Origin: Elusimicrobiota bacterium | Lineage (GTDB): Bacteria > Elusimicrobiota > Elusimicrobia > UBA1565 > UBA9628 | DNA length: 63,601 bases | Assembly (NCBI GenBank): GCA_016207605.1 | Contig: JACQPJ010000023.1 | Coordinates: 1-63,601 of the forward strand | Direction of reading: 5' to 3' | Shown here: positions 33,928 to 44,080 of the stretch, piece by piece | Layout of the letters: the number at the start of each line of letters is the position of its first letter | Position numbering within the stretch: the first letter of the stretch is position 1 | Position numbers and translations under genes: made by a program | The notes under the pieces: model-generated | Database searches by the model: none | What the model saw: only the letters and a program-made list of their open reading frames with translations | What the model was told of the DNA's origin: nothing

Positions 33928-36198
33928 ATGAGGAACACGCGCGCGGTCGCTGTCGCCGTCGCTTTCGTCCTGACGCTCGGCGCGGGGCGTCTTTTTGCGT
34001 CGCTCGTCGAGGGGCGGGTGACCGAAGGGCAGCCTGGCGGCCCGGGCGCCATCCCCGGGCTGCCGGCGCCGCAGAATGATCCCACGGAGCAACCCGACCT
34101 GACGGACCAGCGGACTTTGCAGGTCGACACGCTGCGGTCTATTCCCTCGCTTGTCGTTCCCGGAGACTCGACGCGGCGCGCGCAAGACAGCCCGGCCGGC
34201 GCCGCCGGGTTAAAGGAGCGCCCTGCCGCTGGCGGCGCGGCGGCGCGCCCGCCGCGGGCCGCGCGCTTCGAAAAGACGGTGACCCGCAGCGCCCAAGAAC
34301 AGAGAAAATTGGGCGGCATTCCGGGGCGCAAGCCGGCGCTCGCGCCGAAGGCGCCGGCGGAGGCCGTCGCGGAGTCCGCCGGGATCGACCTCTCCGCGGC
34401 GCAGGCCGCCTCCCAGGGGCCGCAGAGCCGGACCGCGACCGGGCTCGCGCGCCTTTACGACGCGGATGAGGTCCGGGGCGCTTTCGGCGCGCTCGGCGTC
34501 CTGGGCGGCGAGCAGAGCGTCGGCGATCGAATCGCGCAGTTGACCTCCATTGCCAATTCCAACCGCGTTCCCGCCGAGCGCGCGCCCAAGCTGTATCAGG
34601 CGGCGATCAAGCTGGCCGAAGACAGCCTGCCCGCGCCGGTCGCGGCGCAATACGTCGCCGTCGTGCGCCGCTACGCCGAGCTCAAGGCGGCGGCCGCTCT
34701 GCCCGCTTTCGTGGAGCGGACGTACCAGGCCGCGGCCTCGGCCGGCTCCGATCCGCACGCGGGCCGGCGGGTCGAGGGCCAGTGGAAGGCCGCCGACCAA
34801 TGGGGCGCCCTGCTCGGGCATCCCTGGATCGCCAACCGCTCCATTTTAGAGGCCGACGTCCGCCGCGTGCTCTCCGTCGCCTCGGCCCCCGGCGCCGCGG
34901 CCCCGTCCGTTCCCCACGTTCACGTCAATCCACGTCCCAACGTCGACGGCTCTTGGTCCTTGGAGGGCTTCGCGGGCGGGGGCGTGGAGCGCGTCCAGCC
35001 TGGGGCCGTCGCGAGCTTGGGGTCCGTCCCGGAGCTTGCCTCCGCCCCGGATGCGTCCGCCGCGGCGGCGCGTGAAAAATTCACGCCCGCCCCGAACGCC
35101 GAGAATCTCGCCCGCGCGGCTTTCAGGGACCCCGCGGCCGTTGCGCTTTACGCGGCGCGGGCCGCCCGCGAGGCGCTGAGGCGTCCGGTTTCCTATCCAT
35201 TGGACCAGGACGGGGGACGCCGAGCCCTGGAGAAGGACGCGCGCTTTGGGACTTTGGCCGCCTTGGCGGCGTCCGAGGCGGGAGCCGGGTTCGCCGCGGC
35301 CAGGCGCGTCGGCGGCGTCCGCAAGTCTTTCGACGCGCTGGCGCGCGCGGCCGAGGCCGTTCAGGGGCTCACGGGACAAGACGACGCGGGCAGGAGGGTC
35401 GCGTCCCTGCGGGCGGCCTTCGAGGCGCGGGTCAAAGCCGAGGTCTTGGGGTCGGAGGACGGGCTTGCGCCCGGCATGGCGTCCGCGCTCCTGGAGGAAG
35501 GCCAGGCCGCGTATTGGGCAGGGCGTTTGCGCGGAGAAGCCGAGCGCGAGCTTTACGAGCGCGTGCGGCGTTCGCAGACCGGGCCGGGCTTGATCGTGAT
35601 CGGCGACGCCGACGGCGCCGGGGCGGCGGCCGCCCGGCGCATGATCGCGGGCGGGGCCAAGGCCCTCGCGGCCGTCGCGTCGGGCGGACGGCTTTGGGCC
35701 TTCGCTTCCGGCGTGGACCTCGCCGCGAATTTCGCGCCGACCCGGGACGGCGGCTTCCTCGAGCTGTCGTTTGCGCGCGGCGGCGAGGAGCTGGCCCGGC
35801 GCCTGGACGCGCTGGGTCTGCCCGCGACCCGCGCCGGCGAGGGCGTGCGCGCCTCGCTGGGCGGGCAGGACCTGCCTCGCGGCGCCGAGGAACTGGCCGA
35901 TTTGGCCGCCGGGGCCCTGGCCGCCGCGTCCTCCGCCGGAGTCGGGCCGGAGGCGGGCCTCGCGGCGCGCCAGGCCGGCGACTTGATCGCGGAACTGCGC
36001 CGGCATCCGGAGGGCTCTCCTCTGGCGAGGGATTTCGACGGTCATCCCGCCGCCCTTTTGGCGCCGCCCGTCGCGTCCGTGGGCGGCTATGAGCTGGTCC
36101 GCTTCCGCGCGGCGCGGGTCGCCCGCCGGCCTCCCGCGGACTGGGCCGCCCTGCGCGATCCGGACACGGGCCTGCTCGCCGCCGTCGTCGCGAGATGA
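33928..36198 (+). CDS. large Ala-rich secreted hypothetical protein
   Basis: 756 aa; MRNTRAVAVAVAFVLTLGAGRLFA leader. Confidence 0.7.
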   Translation: MRNTRAVAVAVAFVLTLGAGRLFASLVEGRVTEGQPGGPGAIPGLPAPQNDPTEQPDLTDQRTLQVDTLRSIPSLVVPGDSTRRAQDSPAGAAGLKERPAAGGAAARPPRAARFEKTVTRSAQEQRKLGGIPGRKPALAPKAPAEAVAESAGIDLSAAQAASQGPQSRTATGLARLYDADEVRGAFGALGVLGGEQSVGDRIAQLTSIANSNRVPAERAPKLYQAAIKLAEDSLPAPVAAQYVAVVRRYAELKAAAALPAFVERTYQAAASAGSDPHAGRRVEGQWKAADQWGALLGHPWIANRSILEADVRRVLSVASAPGAAAPSVPHVHVNPRPNVDGSWSLEGFAGGGVERVQPGAVASLGSVPELASAPDASAAAAREKFTPAPNAENLARAAFRDPAAVALYAARAAREALRRPVSYPLDQDGGRRALEKDARFGTLAALAASEAGAGFAAARRVGGVRKSFDALARAAEAVQGLTGQDDAGRRVASLRAAFEARVKAEVLGSEDGLAPGMASALLEEGQAAYWAGRLRGEAERELYERVRRSQTGPGLIVIGDADGAGAAAARRMIAGGAKALAAVASGGRLWAFASGVDLAANFAPTRDGGFLELSFARGGEELARRLDALGLPATRAGEGVRASLGGQDLPRGAEELADLAAGALAAASSAGVGPEAGLAARQAGDLIAELRRHPEGSPLARDFDGHPAALLAPPVASVGGYELVRFRAARVARRPPADWAALRDPDTGLLAAVVAR

Positions 36199-38012
36199 GC
36201 GCGGCGTTCGCCGCCCTCTTCGTCGTCCTTGCCGCGCCCGGCCGCGCGGCTCTTGATTCGCGCCTGGCGGCCGCGCCCGAGCCGGAGCCCGGGGTTTTTC
36301 GCGGCCTGGCGCTGAGCCTGGGGCCGGGCCGGCCGACGTGCGGGCGCGCGACCTTCGACCGGGTCCAGGCGGCGGGCGGCGGCCTGGTCTTCGTCGTGGA
36401 CGCCGCGGGCCCGGGCGACGAGGAGGCCGTCCGGCTTTCGCAGGCCGTGGTGGCGCGGCGCGGCGGCTTGAGCGGCTTTGCCGCGGCGGCGGCCAGGCGC
36501 CACGGCGTGCCGGCGGTGGCGCTGGGACGCGGGGTCTGGGACCCCGCGGGGCCGTCGCTGTCGCTGTCGGAGTCCGTGCCGGGGAAGGCGTTCCTCGTGG
36601 AGGGCGTCGCGGTCCGGGTCGCGTCGGGCGAGCGCGAGCGCGTCCTGCGCGAAGGCGGCGCGGTCTGCGTGGACCCCGCAGCCGGGACCGTGAGCCTGCC
36701 TCCGGCGGAGCAGGCCGAGGCGGCGGTCGCCGCGGCTCAGGCGGCCCTGGCCTACGACGGTCTGCGCGATGCCGGCGCGCTGGAGCGCTGGCTGGAGGCC
36801 GAGCCGGGCGCGGCGGCGGCGCTGGCCGCGGAGCTGGCGCCGCGCGCGCTCGAGGGCGGCGTCGCCCCGGCTGACCTGGCGCGCCTCATGAGGGCGGCGC
36901 GGGCGTCGGCCGGGCCGCGCCAGGCGGGCGTGGACGCGGCGGCGCGGCGGGCCTGGGCCCGGGCGGCGCGGCGCGCGGCCGCCGCCCTCGCCTCCTGCCC
37001 CGCCGACGCCGCAGCCGCTCCGACGGCCGCCGCCCTGGAGCGCGTGTCCGCGGCGGCCCGCGGGATCGCGGCCCGGGCGGCGGCGGCCGGACGGGCGCTG
37101 GGGGCGGGCGACGAGGGCGTGGCGGCGGCGGCGCGCGCCTGCCTGACGGCCGCGCGGCGCCGGCGGCGCTCGGTTCCGGCGTCGGTCTTGACGCTGGAGG
37201 AGGCCGCGGCCGCGGCGGGGGCCGACCGCGTCTTGGCGGCGGAGCTCCCGGACGGCGCGTGGAGCGACTTCGTCGCCCAGAACGGGCTGTCCTCGCATTT
37301 TGCCCGGCTCCTGCCCGACGCCTCCTTGGACCTGCGGCGCAAGTCGGAGCGTCTGCGCGCCCGCATCCTGGAAGGGCGTCTTCCTCCCGACTCCCCGGCC
37401 GGCCGCGCCGCCTTGGCGGCCGCGGCGGGCGGCTCCTGCCTGGTGATCGGCGAGGACGTCACGCTCCAGGCCCCGGCGGGCGAGGTCCTGCGCGCGGTGG
37501 TCGAGGTTTGGGCCGCCTCCTGGGAGCCGGGGCCGCTGGGCGCGCGCCTGCGCGCGGGCCGCGGGGCCGACATCGCGGGCCGCGTCCGCGTGGAGCGCCT
37601 GCGGCCGGCGGAGGTCTCGGGACTGGCCTTCTCGCGCGACCCGGGCTCGGGGCTGCGCGGGCGGGTGGTCGTGGAAGCCGCGCCCGGCGGAGTGGACGGC
37701 CTGCTCTCCGGCTCCGCGCCGGCCGACCGCTGGGCCCTCGACGCCCGCGACGGCCGCGCGCGGGAGGCCGTCGTCGCGGGCGCCAGGCCCGCCTTGTCGC
37801 CGGAGCGCCTGGCCCGCGTCGCGCGCCTGGCGCGCGGGCTGGACGCCTGGAGCGGCGGCGGCGTGGAGCTGGCCTTCTCCTTCGATGGGCCGCGGCTGCG
37901 CGTCCACCACGTCCGGCCTCTGGAGCCGCCGCGCCTGCCGGCTCCGGCCGCCGACCCGTTCAGTCCGCGGCCGGAAGCGGAGGCTCTGTCCGTGCGTCCC
38001 GTGCGTCCCTAA
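36195..38012 (+). CDS. degenerate PEP-utilising / PEP-pyruvate-binding domain protein with signal peptide
   Basis: GGLSGFAAAAARRHGVPAV (His lost), VCVDPAAGTV, SGLAFSRDP…VVEAAPG…LLSG…D, VELAF. Confidence 0.65.
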   Translation: MSAAFAALFVVLAAPGRAALDSRLAAAPEPEPGVFRGLALSLGPGRPTCGRATFDRVQAAGGGLVFVVDAAGPGDEEAVRLSQAVVARRGGLSGFAAAAARRHGVPAVALGRGVWDPAGPSLSLSESVPGKAFLVEGVAVRVASGERERVLREGGAVCVDPAAGTVSLPPAEQAEAAVAAAQAALAYDGLRDAGALERWLEAEPGAAAALAAELAPRALEGGVAPADLARLMRAARASAGPRQAGVDAAARRAWARAARRAAAALASCPADAAAAPTAAALERVSAAARGIAARAAAAGRALGAGDEGVAAAARACLTAARRRRRSVPASVLTLEEAAAAAGADRVLAAELPDGAWSDFVAQNGLSSHFARLLPDASLDLRRKSERLRARILEGRLPPDSPAGRAALAAAAGGSCLVIGEDVTLQAPAGEVLRAVVEVWAASWEPGPLGARLRAGRGADIAGRVRVERLRPAEVSGLAFSRDPGSGLRGRVVVEAAPGGVDGLLSGSAPADRWALDARDGRAREAVVAGARPALSPERLARVARLARGLDAWSGGGVELAFSFDGPRLRVHHVRPLEPPRLPAPAADPFSPRPEAEALSVRPVRP

Positions 38013-39435
38013 AGCGCAGCAGCGCTTTCAGCTCGGCCAGCTCCTCCGAGTCGAAAAAGCCAAAGAGGCGCAGGCCCAGCGGGTAGGCGGCAAGCAGCGC
38101 CGTCCGGGCGCCCAGGCCCAGCCGCGCGCCCGCGATCCAGAGGGCCGCGGTCCAGGCGCCCAGGAGGAGCAGGCGTCTTCCTTCATAGGGCACGGGCCGG
38201 CGGCCCAGGGCCCACACCGCCGCGGCCATGCCCGCGTAGGCCAGGAGCGTGGCCCAGGCCGCGCCCATGATCCCCCAGCGCGGGATGAGCAGGAAGTTGG
38301 CGCCGACGTTGAGGGCGGCCCCGGCCCAGGTCGCCAGTCCCACCGACGCGGTGCGCCTCTCGATGAGCAAGGGCGCCAGCATCACGAAGTAGAACCCGTT
38401 GAAGAGGTAGCCCAGGGTCACGACGGGCACGACGCGCAGGCCGTCCCAGTAGGCGGGATGGAAGAGGGGGCGCCCCGCGAAGATCGGGGCCGTGACCGCG
38501 GGCTCGACGAAATGCGCGATCGCCAGGAACGTCCAGGCCGCGATCGCGGCGAAGTAGGTGAGCACCCGCGCGATCAGGCGGTCCACGTCGGGCCGCGACG
38601 CGCGCTCGAGCACGAAGGGCTTCCAGGCCTGGTCGAACATCCCCACGACGAGCATCATCAGCACGCCCAGCTTGTAGCAGTTGCCGTAGAGGCCCGCGGC
38701 CGGCAGGCCCGCCAGGCGCGCGAGGAGGGGGCGGTCGGCCACCTGGACGATCATGGAGCCCAGCCCGGCCAGCGCCAGGGGCAGGCCGAAGAGCAGCAGC
38801 TCGCGCACGCGCCGGAGGTCGGGACGCGAGACGCGCGCCGCGGTCAGCGGGGCCAGCAGGGCCAGGCCGGCGGCCGAGGCGGCCAGATTGGCCAGGAACA
38901 CGCCGCGCACGCCCAGCCCCAGGCCGCGCACGAAAATCCAGGCGAGGACCAGGTTCAAGGTCAGGCCCGCGAGCTTGACGCCCGCGTAGGCCGGCGCGCG
39001 GTGGGCGCCCCGCAGTTCCGCGTAGGGCACGAGCGCCAGCGCGTCGAGCGCGAGGATTCCGGCCGCGCAGCGCACCACGTCGGCGAACTCGGAAGGGATG
39101 CCGATGAGGCGCGCCGCGGAGCCGGCGCAGGCGTAGAGGCCGGTCGAGACGGCGAGCGCGGCCGCGCCCACGCAGGCCAAGGCCCCGCCGAAGGCGGCGC
39201 CGTCGGGCCCGCCGTCGCGCCGCCCCAGGCGCAGGTAGGCGACGTCGAGCCCCAGGCCGTAGAGCACGGCGAGGAAGGCGACGTAGGCGTAGACCGTCTG
39301 CACGACGCCGCTCTGCGCGCGGTCGAGCAGGTGGGTGAAGAGCGGGACGAGCAGGAAGCTGAGCAGCCGCCCGAGGACCGTGGAGAGCCCGTAGACCGCG
39401 CTTTCTCGCGCCAAGCCACGCAGCTCGCGGAACAT
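37960..39435 (-). CDS. polysaccharide/oligosaccharide flippase (Wzx/MATE-like)
   Basis: ESAVYGLSTVLGRLLSFLLVPLFT, ADR.LL, G.Y…YKLG, LIPRWGIMGAAWAT; many TM helices. Confidence 0.85.
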   Translation of the reverse strand: MFRELRGLARESAVYGLSTVLGRLLSFLLVPLFTHLLDRAQSGVVQTVYAYVAFLAVLYGLGLDVAYLRLGRRDGGPDGAAFGGALACVGAAALAVSTGLYACAGSAARLIGIPSEFADVVRCAAGILALDALALVPYAELRGAHRAPAYAGVKLAGLTLNLVLAWIFVRGLGLGVRGVFLANLAASAAGLALLAPLTAARVSRPDLRRVRELLLFGLPLALAGLGSMIVQVADRPLLARLAGLPAAGLYGNCYKLGVLMMLVVGMFDQAWKPFVLERASRPDVDRLIARVLTYFAAIAAWTFLAIAHFVEPAVTAPIFAGRPLFHPAYWDGLRVVPVVTLGYLFNGFYFVMLAPLLIERRTASVGLATWAGAALNVGANFLLIPRWGIMGAAWATLLAYAGMAAAVWALGRRPVPYEGRRLLLLGAWTAALWIAGARLGLGARTALLAAYPLGLRLFGFFDSEELAELKALLRFRDARDARTEPPLPAAD

Positions 39436-39514
39436 ATCGGGCCATGGTATCATCGCGCCCCCGGCCTTGACAACGGCCCGCCGCCGGGGCATCCTTCCAG
39501 CAGGCAGGAACAGG

Positions 39515-40465
39515 ATGCGTTTTCACGACGATCGCCGCCCCCCTCCCCCGGAGCTGCTCGGTTTGGCCCGGCGCTGGCGCACGGAGCGCCAACTCGGACG
39601 CCTGGCGCGCCTGCCGGCAGCGGCGGCCGGCACGGCGCGCTTCGCGGTGCTGGGCGACGTGGAGCCCTCGCGCTTTTGGATCTGGCGCAGGCTCTTCAAC
39701 CGCGAGGGCGTCTTTCCCCGGCAGATGGCCGCCATACGCGCCGCGCCCGCGGCTTTCGTGGTCCAGCTCGGCGACATGGTCGAGAAAGGCCGGCCAGAGC
39801 GCTACGCGCGCTTCCTGCGCCAGCTTCGGCGCGCGGACTTGGGCCGCCCCTACCTGACGGTGATCGGCAACCACGACCGCTCCCGCCCCAACGGCTCCTC
39901 CCACTCGACCCTCTACCGCCGGCTCTTCGGCCGCGCCAACTACGCCTTCGACCACGCCGGGACCCGCTTCGTGGTCCTGGACTCCAGCGCCCGGCGGCTG
40001 ACCGCGGCCCAGCGGCGCTGGCTGCGCCTGGTCCTGGACGCGCCCGGCCGCAAGGTCGTCTTCACCCACATGCCGCCCGCGCACCTGGGCCTGTGGGGCG
40101 GAGTCGGCCCGGCGCACGCGATCGGAGGGTTCACCGGCGGCGCGCGCGAGTTCTCCGAGATCGTCTCCGCGGCGCGCGTCAGCCGCGTCTACATGGGGCA
40201 TGTCCATGCCTTCGGCGTGCAGGACTATCGGGGCGTGCGCTACGTGCTCACGGGCGGCGGCGGCTCGGCGCTGTTCCCCTCCGGGGCCGCGGACCGCTTC
40301 CACCATTTTCTGGCCGTGGAGTGCGGGCCCGCGGGCGTGCGCGAGCGCGTCCACGCTCTGGACGGCCGCAGCTTCGAGATCCCCGCCGCGCCCGTGATCC
40401 TGCCCGCCCACGACGGCCCGCGCTCCTGGCGGCGCTTTCTGGGCTCGACCTGGGCCGGGGCCTAG
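39515..40465 (+). CDS. calcineurin-like metallophosphoesterase
   Basis: LGD, LGDMV, GNHD, FTHMP, GHVH. Confidence 0.88.
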   Translation: MRFHDDRRPPPPELLGLARRWRTERQLGRLARLPAAAAGTARFAVLGDVEPSRFWIWRRLFNREGVFPRQMAAIRAAPAAFVVQLGDMVEKGRPERYARFLRQLRRADLGRPYLTVIGNHDRSRPNGSSHSTLYRRLFGRANYAFDHAGTRFVVLDSSARRLTAAQRRWLRLVLDAPGRKVVFTHMPPAHLGLWGGVGPAHAIGGFTGGAREFSEIVSAARVSRVYMGHVHAFGVQDYRGVRYVLTGGGGSALFPSGAADRFHHFLAVECGPAGVRERVHALDGRSFEIPAAPVILPAHDGPRSWRRFLGSTWAGA

Positions 40466-40517
40466 ATGCTATGAGCCTTTCCTCAGCGCATCTGTGCCGC
40501 GTCCGAAGGATCGCGGC

Positions 40518-41570
40518 CTAATCCAAAGACAGGACGGGCCCGCGCCGGACCCAGCCCGCCGCCCGCCGCGCTTCCGGCGCCTCGGCGAGCAGCAGGTCGC
40601 TGTCGAGGTCCACGAATCGGAACAGCCCCGTGCCAAGCGCGACGTGCACGCTCGCGGCCAGTCCCCGCGCGGTCTCGGCCATGCAGCCGATCATCAGCGG
40701 CGCCCCTGCGGCGGCGGCCAGCGCGGCGATCTCCAGGCTTCGCGAGAGGCCGGACTTGGCGAGCTTGACGTTGATCGCGGTGGCTGCGCCCAATTCCAGC
40801 AGGCGCGCGGCCTGCTCCGGCGTCGCCGCGCTCTCGTCGGCCGCCACCAGGATGCCCGCGCGCCGCGCCACGAACGCCAGGGCCCGGAGGTCGTCCTTGG
40901 GGGTGGGCTGCTCCAGCAGGAGCACGTCGCCGCCCTGGCGCCGGACGGCGTCGAGCAGACGCAGGGCGCCCCGCGGGGAAAGGCCTTGGTTGCCGTCCAG
41001 GATGAGGCGGGCGCGCGGCGCGGCCCGGCGCACGGCGCGCACCCGCTCCAGATCGGCCGCCAACGCGCCCCCGACCTTGATCTTGAGCGCGTCGAAACCC
41101 CAGGCCGCGGCCTCGGCCGCCGCCTCCCGCGCGAGGCTGGGATCGTCCCAGGCCGAGATCGTCAGGTCGCTTTTCACGCGCTTCATCCGGCCGCCGAGCC
41201 ACGACGCCAGCGTCGTCCCGGCCTCCGCCGCGAGAGCCGAGAGGAGCGCGGACTCGAACGCCGCGGCCGCGGGCGGGAGCGCTCCCTCGCGGTCCCAGGC
41301 CTCGGCCGCGAGCGCGCGCCAGGCGCGCGCGTCGCGGCCGCGCGAGCGCGCGGCCAAGCGCCGCAGGGCCGCCGCCAGCGCCGGCGCGGAAAGGCGGCGC
41401 ATCGCCAGGGAGGTCGAAGCCTCGCCGTAGCCCTCGGCGCCGCCGTCCAGGCGCAGAGTGATCCCCACGTTCTTCGTGCGTTCCCGCCGGCCCAGCGCGG
41501 TCACGAACGAGCGTCGCAGCGGGGTCTCGATCGTCTCGACGCGCGCGCCGGAGATTCTGGTTCGGCTCAC
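40518..41570 (-). CDS. L-Ala-D/L-Glu dipeptide epimerase (enolase superfamily)
   Basis: KIKVG, DGNQG, EQP, ADES, NVKLAKSG, GCMAE, DLD. Confidence 0.88.
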   Translation of the reverse strand: MSRTRISGARVETIETPLRRSFVTALGRRERTKNVGITLRLDGGAEGYGEASTSLAMRRLSAPALAAALRRLAARSRGRDARAWRALAAEAWDREGALPPAAAAFESALLSALAAEAGTTLASWLGGRMKRVKSDLTISAWDDPSLAREAAAEAAAWGFDALKIKVGGALAADLERVRAVRRAAPRARLILDGNQGLSPRGALRLLDAVRRQGGDVLLLEQPTPKDDLRALAFVARRAGILVAADESAATPEQAARLLELGAATAINVKLAKSGLSRSLEIAALAAAAGAPLMIGCMAETARGLAASVHVALGTGLFRFVDLDSDLLLAEAPEARRAAGWVRRGPVLSLD

Positions 41571-41606
41571 TCCCTCACCTTACCAAATCCGATATAATCC
41601 GGCGCG

Positions 41607-42653
41607 ATGAGCTGGATACTGTCGGCCGTCCTCGCGTTCGCCGCGGTCCGGCACGCCGGCGCGCAGACGGCGGCGGACCGAGGCGTGAGCGGCGTGGACG
41701 TCTACCGCTCCTCGATCCTAACCGTCGAGGAGGCGCGCCGCCGCTTTGGAGAGGGTCTGGATCGCTATGTCGCCTTGCGCGGGCGCGGCCGGCCCGCCGC
41801 GGACGCGGCCGCGGAAGCCTTGCGCGTCGCGCTGGAGCGCCAGGCCGGCTCCCTGCTCGGCGTGGCGCGCGCGGAGTTGACGATCTCGGAGCACTACGCG
41901 TCCGCCGGACGTTCCTGGTACGCGCTCTTTGACGTGGTGGACCGGGCCGACGCCGCGGCCCGGCTGGATTTCGCCCCGGCCCCGCGGGAGCGCCGGCCCG
42001 ACCCCGACGGCCTGTTGGCGCGCTGGCGCCGGCACGCGGCGCAAGGCGAGGAGCTCTCGCGCCGCGGCGCGCGGGCCAGCGAACGGCCGGCCTGCCCCGG
42101 CTATTTTTGTCTCTGGGGCGGCACTCCGGAGGCGGCGGCCGATCACCGGGCCTTCGTCGCGGGCGCGGCGCGGCGCGCGGGCGCCCTGCGCCGGGCGCTG
42201 GCCGACGCCGACGGCGGGCGGCGCGCCGCCGCCCTGTTCGTGCTCAGCTATTCCAGCTCCGGCCCCGTCGTCGTCGCGCTCTGCCGCGACGCGCTCTCCG
42301 ATCCGGACGCGCGCGTGCGCGGCGCGGCCCTGCAGATCCTGGCCGACGTCGCCAACGTTCATCCCGAGCTCCCCCTCCCGCTCGGCCGCGTCCTGGCTCG
42401 CCTCGACGATCCGTCCGGGACGGTGCGCGCGCGGGCCATGGGCCTGCTCGTGCCCCTGGCTGACCGGGACGCCTACCGACGGCGCATGTTTTCCGCCGCG
42501 CCGCGCCTGGCCTTCCTTTTGCGCCTTCGGCAGCCGGAGGGCGGCGACCTCGCCTTCACCCTCCTGCGCGTCCTCTCCCGCCAGGGCTACGCCCGCTCCG
42601 ACTACGCGGTCTGGGACGCCTGGGCGGCGCGGGCCGCGTCCGACAATCCGTGA
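41607..42653 (+). CDS. secreted HEAT-repeat hypothetical protein
   Basis: Signal peptide; LSDPDARVRGAAL and LDDPSGTVRARA. Confidence 0.7.
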   Translation: MSWILSAVLAFAAVRHAGAQTAADRGVSGVDVYRSSILTVEEARRRFGEGLDRYVALRGRGRPAADAAAEALRVALERQAGSLLGVARAELTISEHYASAGRSWYALFDVVDRADAAARLDFAPAPRERRPDPDGLLARWRRHAAQGEELSRRGARASERPACPGYFCLWGGTPEAAADHRAFVAGAARRAGALRRALADADGGRRAAALFVLSYSSSGPVVVALCRDALSDPDARVRGAALQILADVANVHPELPLPLGRVLARLDDPSGTVRARAMGLLVPLADRDAYRRRMFSAAPRLAFLLRLRQPEGGDLAFTLLRVLSRQGYARSDYAVWDAWAARAASDNP

Positions 42654-42723
42654 TCATCGCTTGCGCGATGCTCGCGCTCGCGATTCCGCCTAATGCGCGT
42701 GCTTGAGGAAAGGAAAATCAAAA

Positions 42724-42795
42724 TGTCCCCAGGAGGAATCGAACCTCCATCACCGACTTAGAAGGTCGGCGCTCTATCCATTGAGCTATGGGGAC
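42724..42795 (-). tRNA. tRNA-Arg(TCT)
   Basis: GTCCCCA acceptor stem, TAGCTCAATGGATAGAGC D arm, CCGAC-CTTCTAA-GTCGG anticodon arm, GGTTCGATTCC T arm; CCA not encoded. Confidence 0.96.
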
Positions 42796-42879
42796 GCAAA
42801 AGCTTAAGGCCCTAACTGCGATCGCGCCTTCATCCCGTCCTATGCGTGTCAGCAACTCTCCAGAGGACCGAGGCTGATT

Positions 42880-43626
42880 TTAACTCATTCCGTAAAGCAG
42901 TTTAAGGCTTGCCCCCCAGAGGACGAAACTCAACAGCCGCCGCAGGGATAAATTGGACAGGCGGCTTGAGCCAATTCGGGACCCGAACCAGCCTCCGACA
43001 AAAGCTGAAATCACCAGCGGACTCCATAGATGCGCTGCCGCGGGAGCTTCCTGCCAGCGTGCGATCAGAGCCGCGATCGAATTGACGAGGATGAACAGGG
43101 AGCTGGTCGCCGCCGCCTGCTTGGCGTCCGCCCAGCCCAGCAAGAGGATCAGGGGGCTCAGAAAAACACCGCCGCCGATGCCGATCATTCCGGAAACCAG
43201 CCCGATCACCATCCCTGAGATCACGGCTGCGGGGACAACTACCCGCGGCGGACATTCGACTTTATCGGGAAGATCGATCCATAGTCTGAAGGCCGCCAGG
43301 GTCAGAGATGTTCCCAAGAGGATGGAGAAAGCGGCCGACGAAAGCCGGATGAGTCCTCCAACATATGCCATCGGAATCGAGCCGAGGATAAAAGGCCAAG
43401 TCAGCTTCCAATGGAAACGGCCCGCCCTATAAAAAGCGACGGCGGCCAAAGAGGACACCAAAACATTGAGAACCAGCGCGCTGGCCGCGGCGCTGTCTTT
43501 TGGAAAGGAAACGAGCGATAAAATCGCCAGATATCCCGACGCGCCTCCGTGCCCCACCGAGGAATAAAGAAGGGCCACCAAAAAGACGGCGGCGTGGACA
43601 AGAAGAGTCTCTAATTCACGAGTCAT
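42880..43626 (-). CDS. TSUP (TauE/SafE) family permease
   Basis: YSSVGHGGASGY, GMIGIGGGVFLSP, AAATSSLFILVNS. Confidence 0.88.
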   Translation of the reverse strand: MTRELETLLVHAAVFLVALLYSSVGHGGASGYLAILSLVSFPKDSAAASALVLNVLVSSLAAVAFYRAGRFHWKLTWPFILGSIPMAYVGGLIRLSSAAFSILLGTSLTLAAFRLWIDLPDKVECPPRVVVPAAVISGMVIGLVSGMIGIGGGVFLSPLILLLGWADAKQAAATSSLFILVNSIAALIARWQEAPAAAHLWSPLVISAFVGGWFGSRIGSSRLSNLSLRRLLSFVLWGASLKLLYGMS

Positions 43627-44078
43627 GCCGCGCGCGCCGCAACCGGACTCAACGGAGCGATGCCGTCGCCGGCCTTCACCATTCCGCCCTGGATGACGCG
43701 GGCAAAAATGCCCTCCTTGGGCATCACGCAGTCTCCAGCCAGAGCATAGATCGCGCAGCGGGCGTGGCACTCCTTGCCGATTTGGGTCACCTCGAACACC
43801 ACGTCGCTTCCGATACGGATTCGGCTGCCGATAGGCAAGGAGACCAGGTCGATCCCGCGCGTGGTGACATTCTCGGCGAAGCTGCCGACGTTGACCTGGA
43901 GACCTTTGGCCCGCATCTTCTCGATGCTCTCCCAAGCAAGCAGGCTCACCTGGCGATGCCAGTTTCCGGCGTGAGCATCGCCTTCTATGCCGAAGTTCTC
44001 AAGAAACATCGCCTGCTCCACGTTCTTTTTTCGGATGCCTTTCCTGGCGCTTACGCAGACTGCGAGAATTGTTCCCAT
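43623..44078 (-). CDS. MOSC domain protein
   Basis: GIEGDAHAG.WHRQVSLL, FAEN, QIGKECH, CVMPKEG. Confidence 0.9.
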   Translation of the reverse strand: MGTILAVCVSARKGIRKKNVEQAMFLENFGIEGDAHAGNWHRQVSLLAWESIEKMRAKGLQVNVGSFAENVTTRGIDLVSLPIGSRIRIGSDVVFEVTQIGKECHARCAIYALAGDCVMPKEGIFARVIQGGMVKAGDGIAPLSPVAARAA

Positions 44079-44080
44079 AG

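Noticed and set aside
42724-42880. tRNA-Arg as the integration site of the respiratory island
   Set aside because: The island lies on the 5' side of the tRNA; no integrase and no duplicated tRNA 3' end found near 58800
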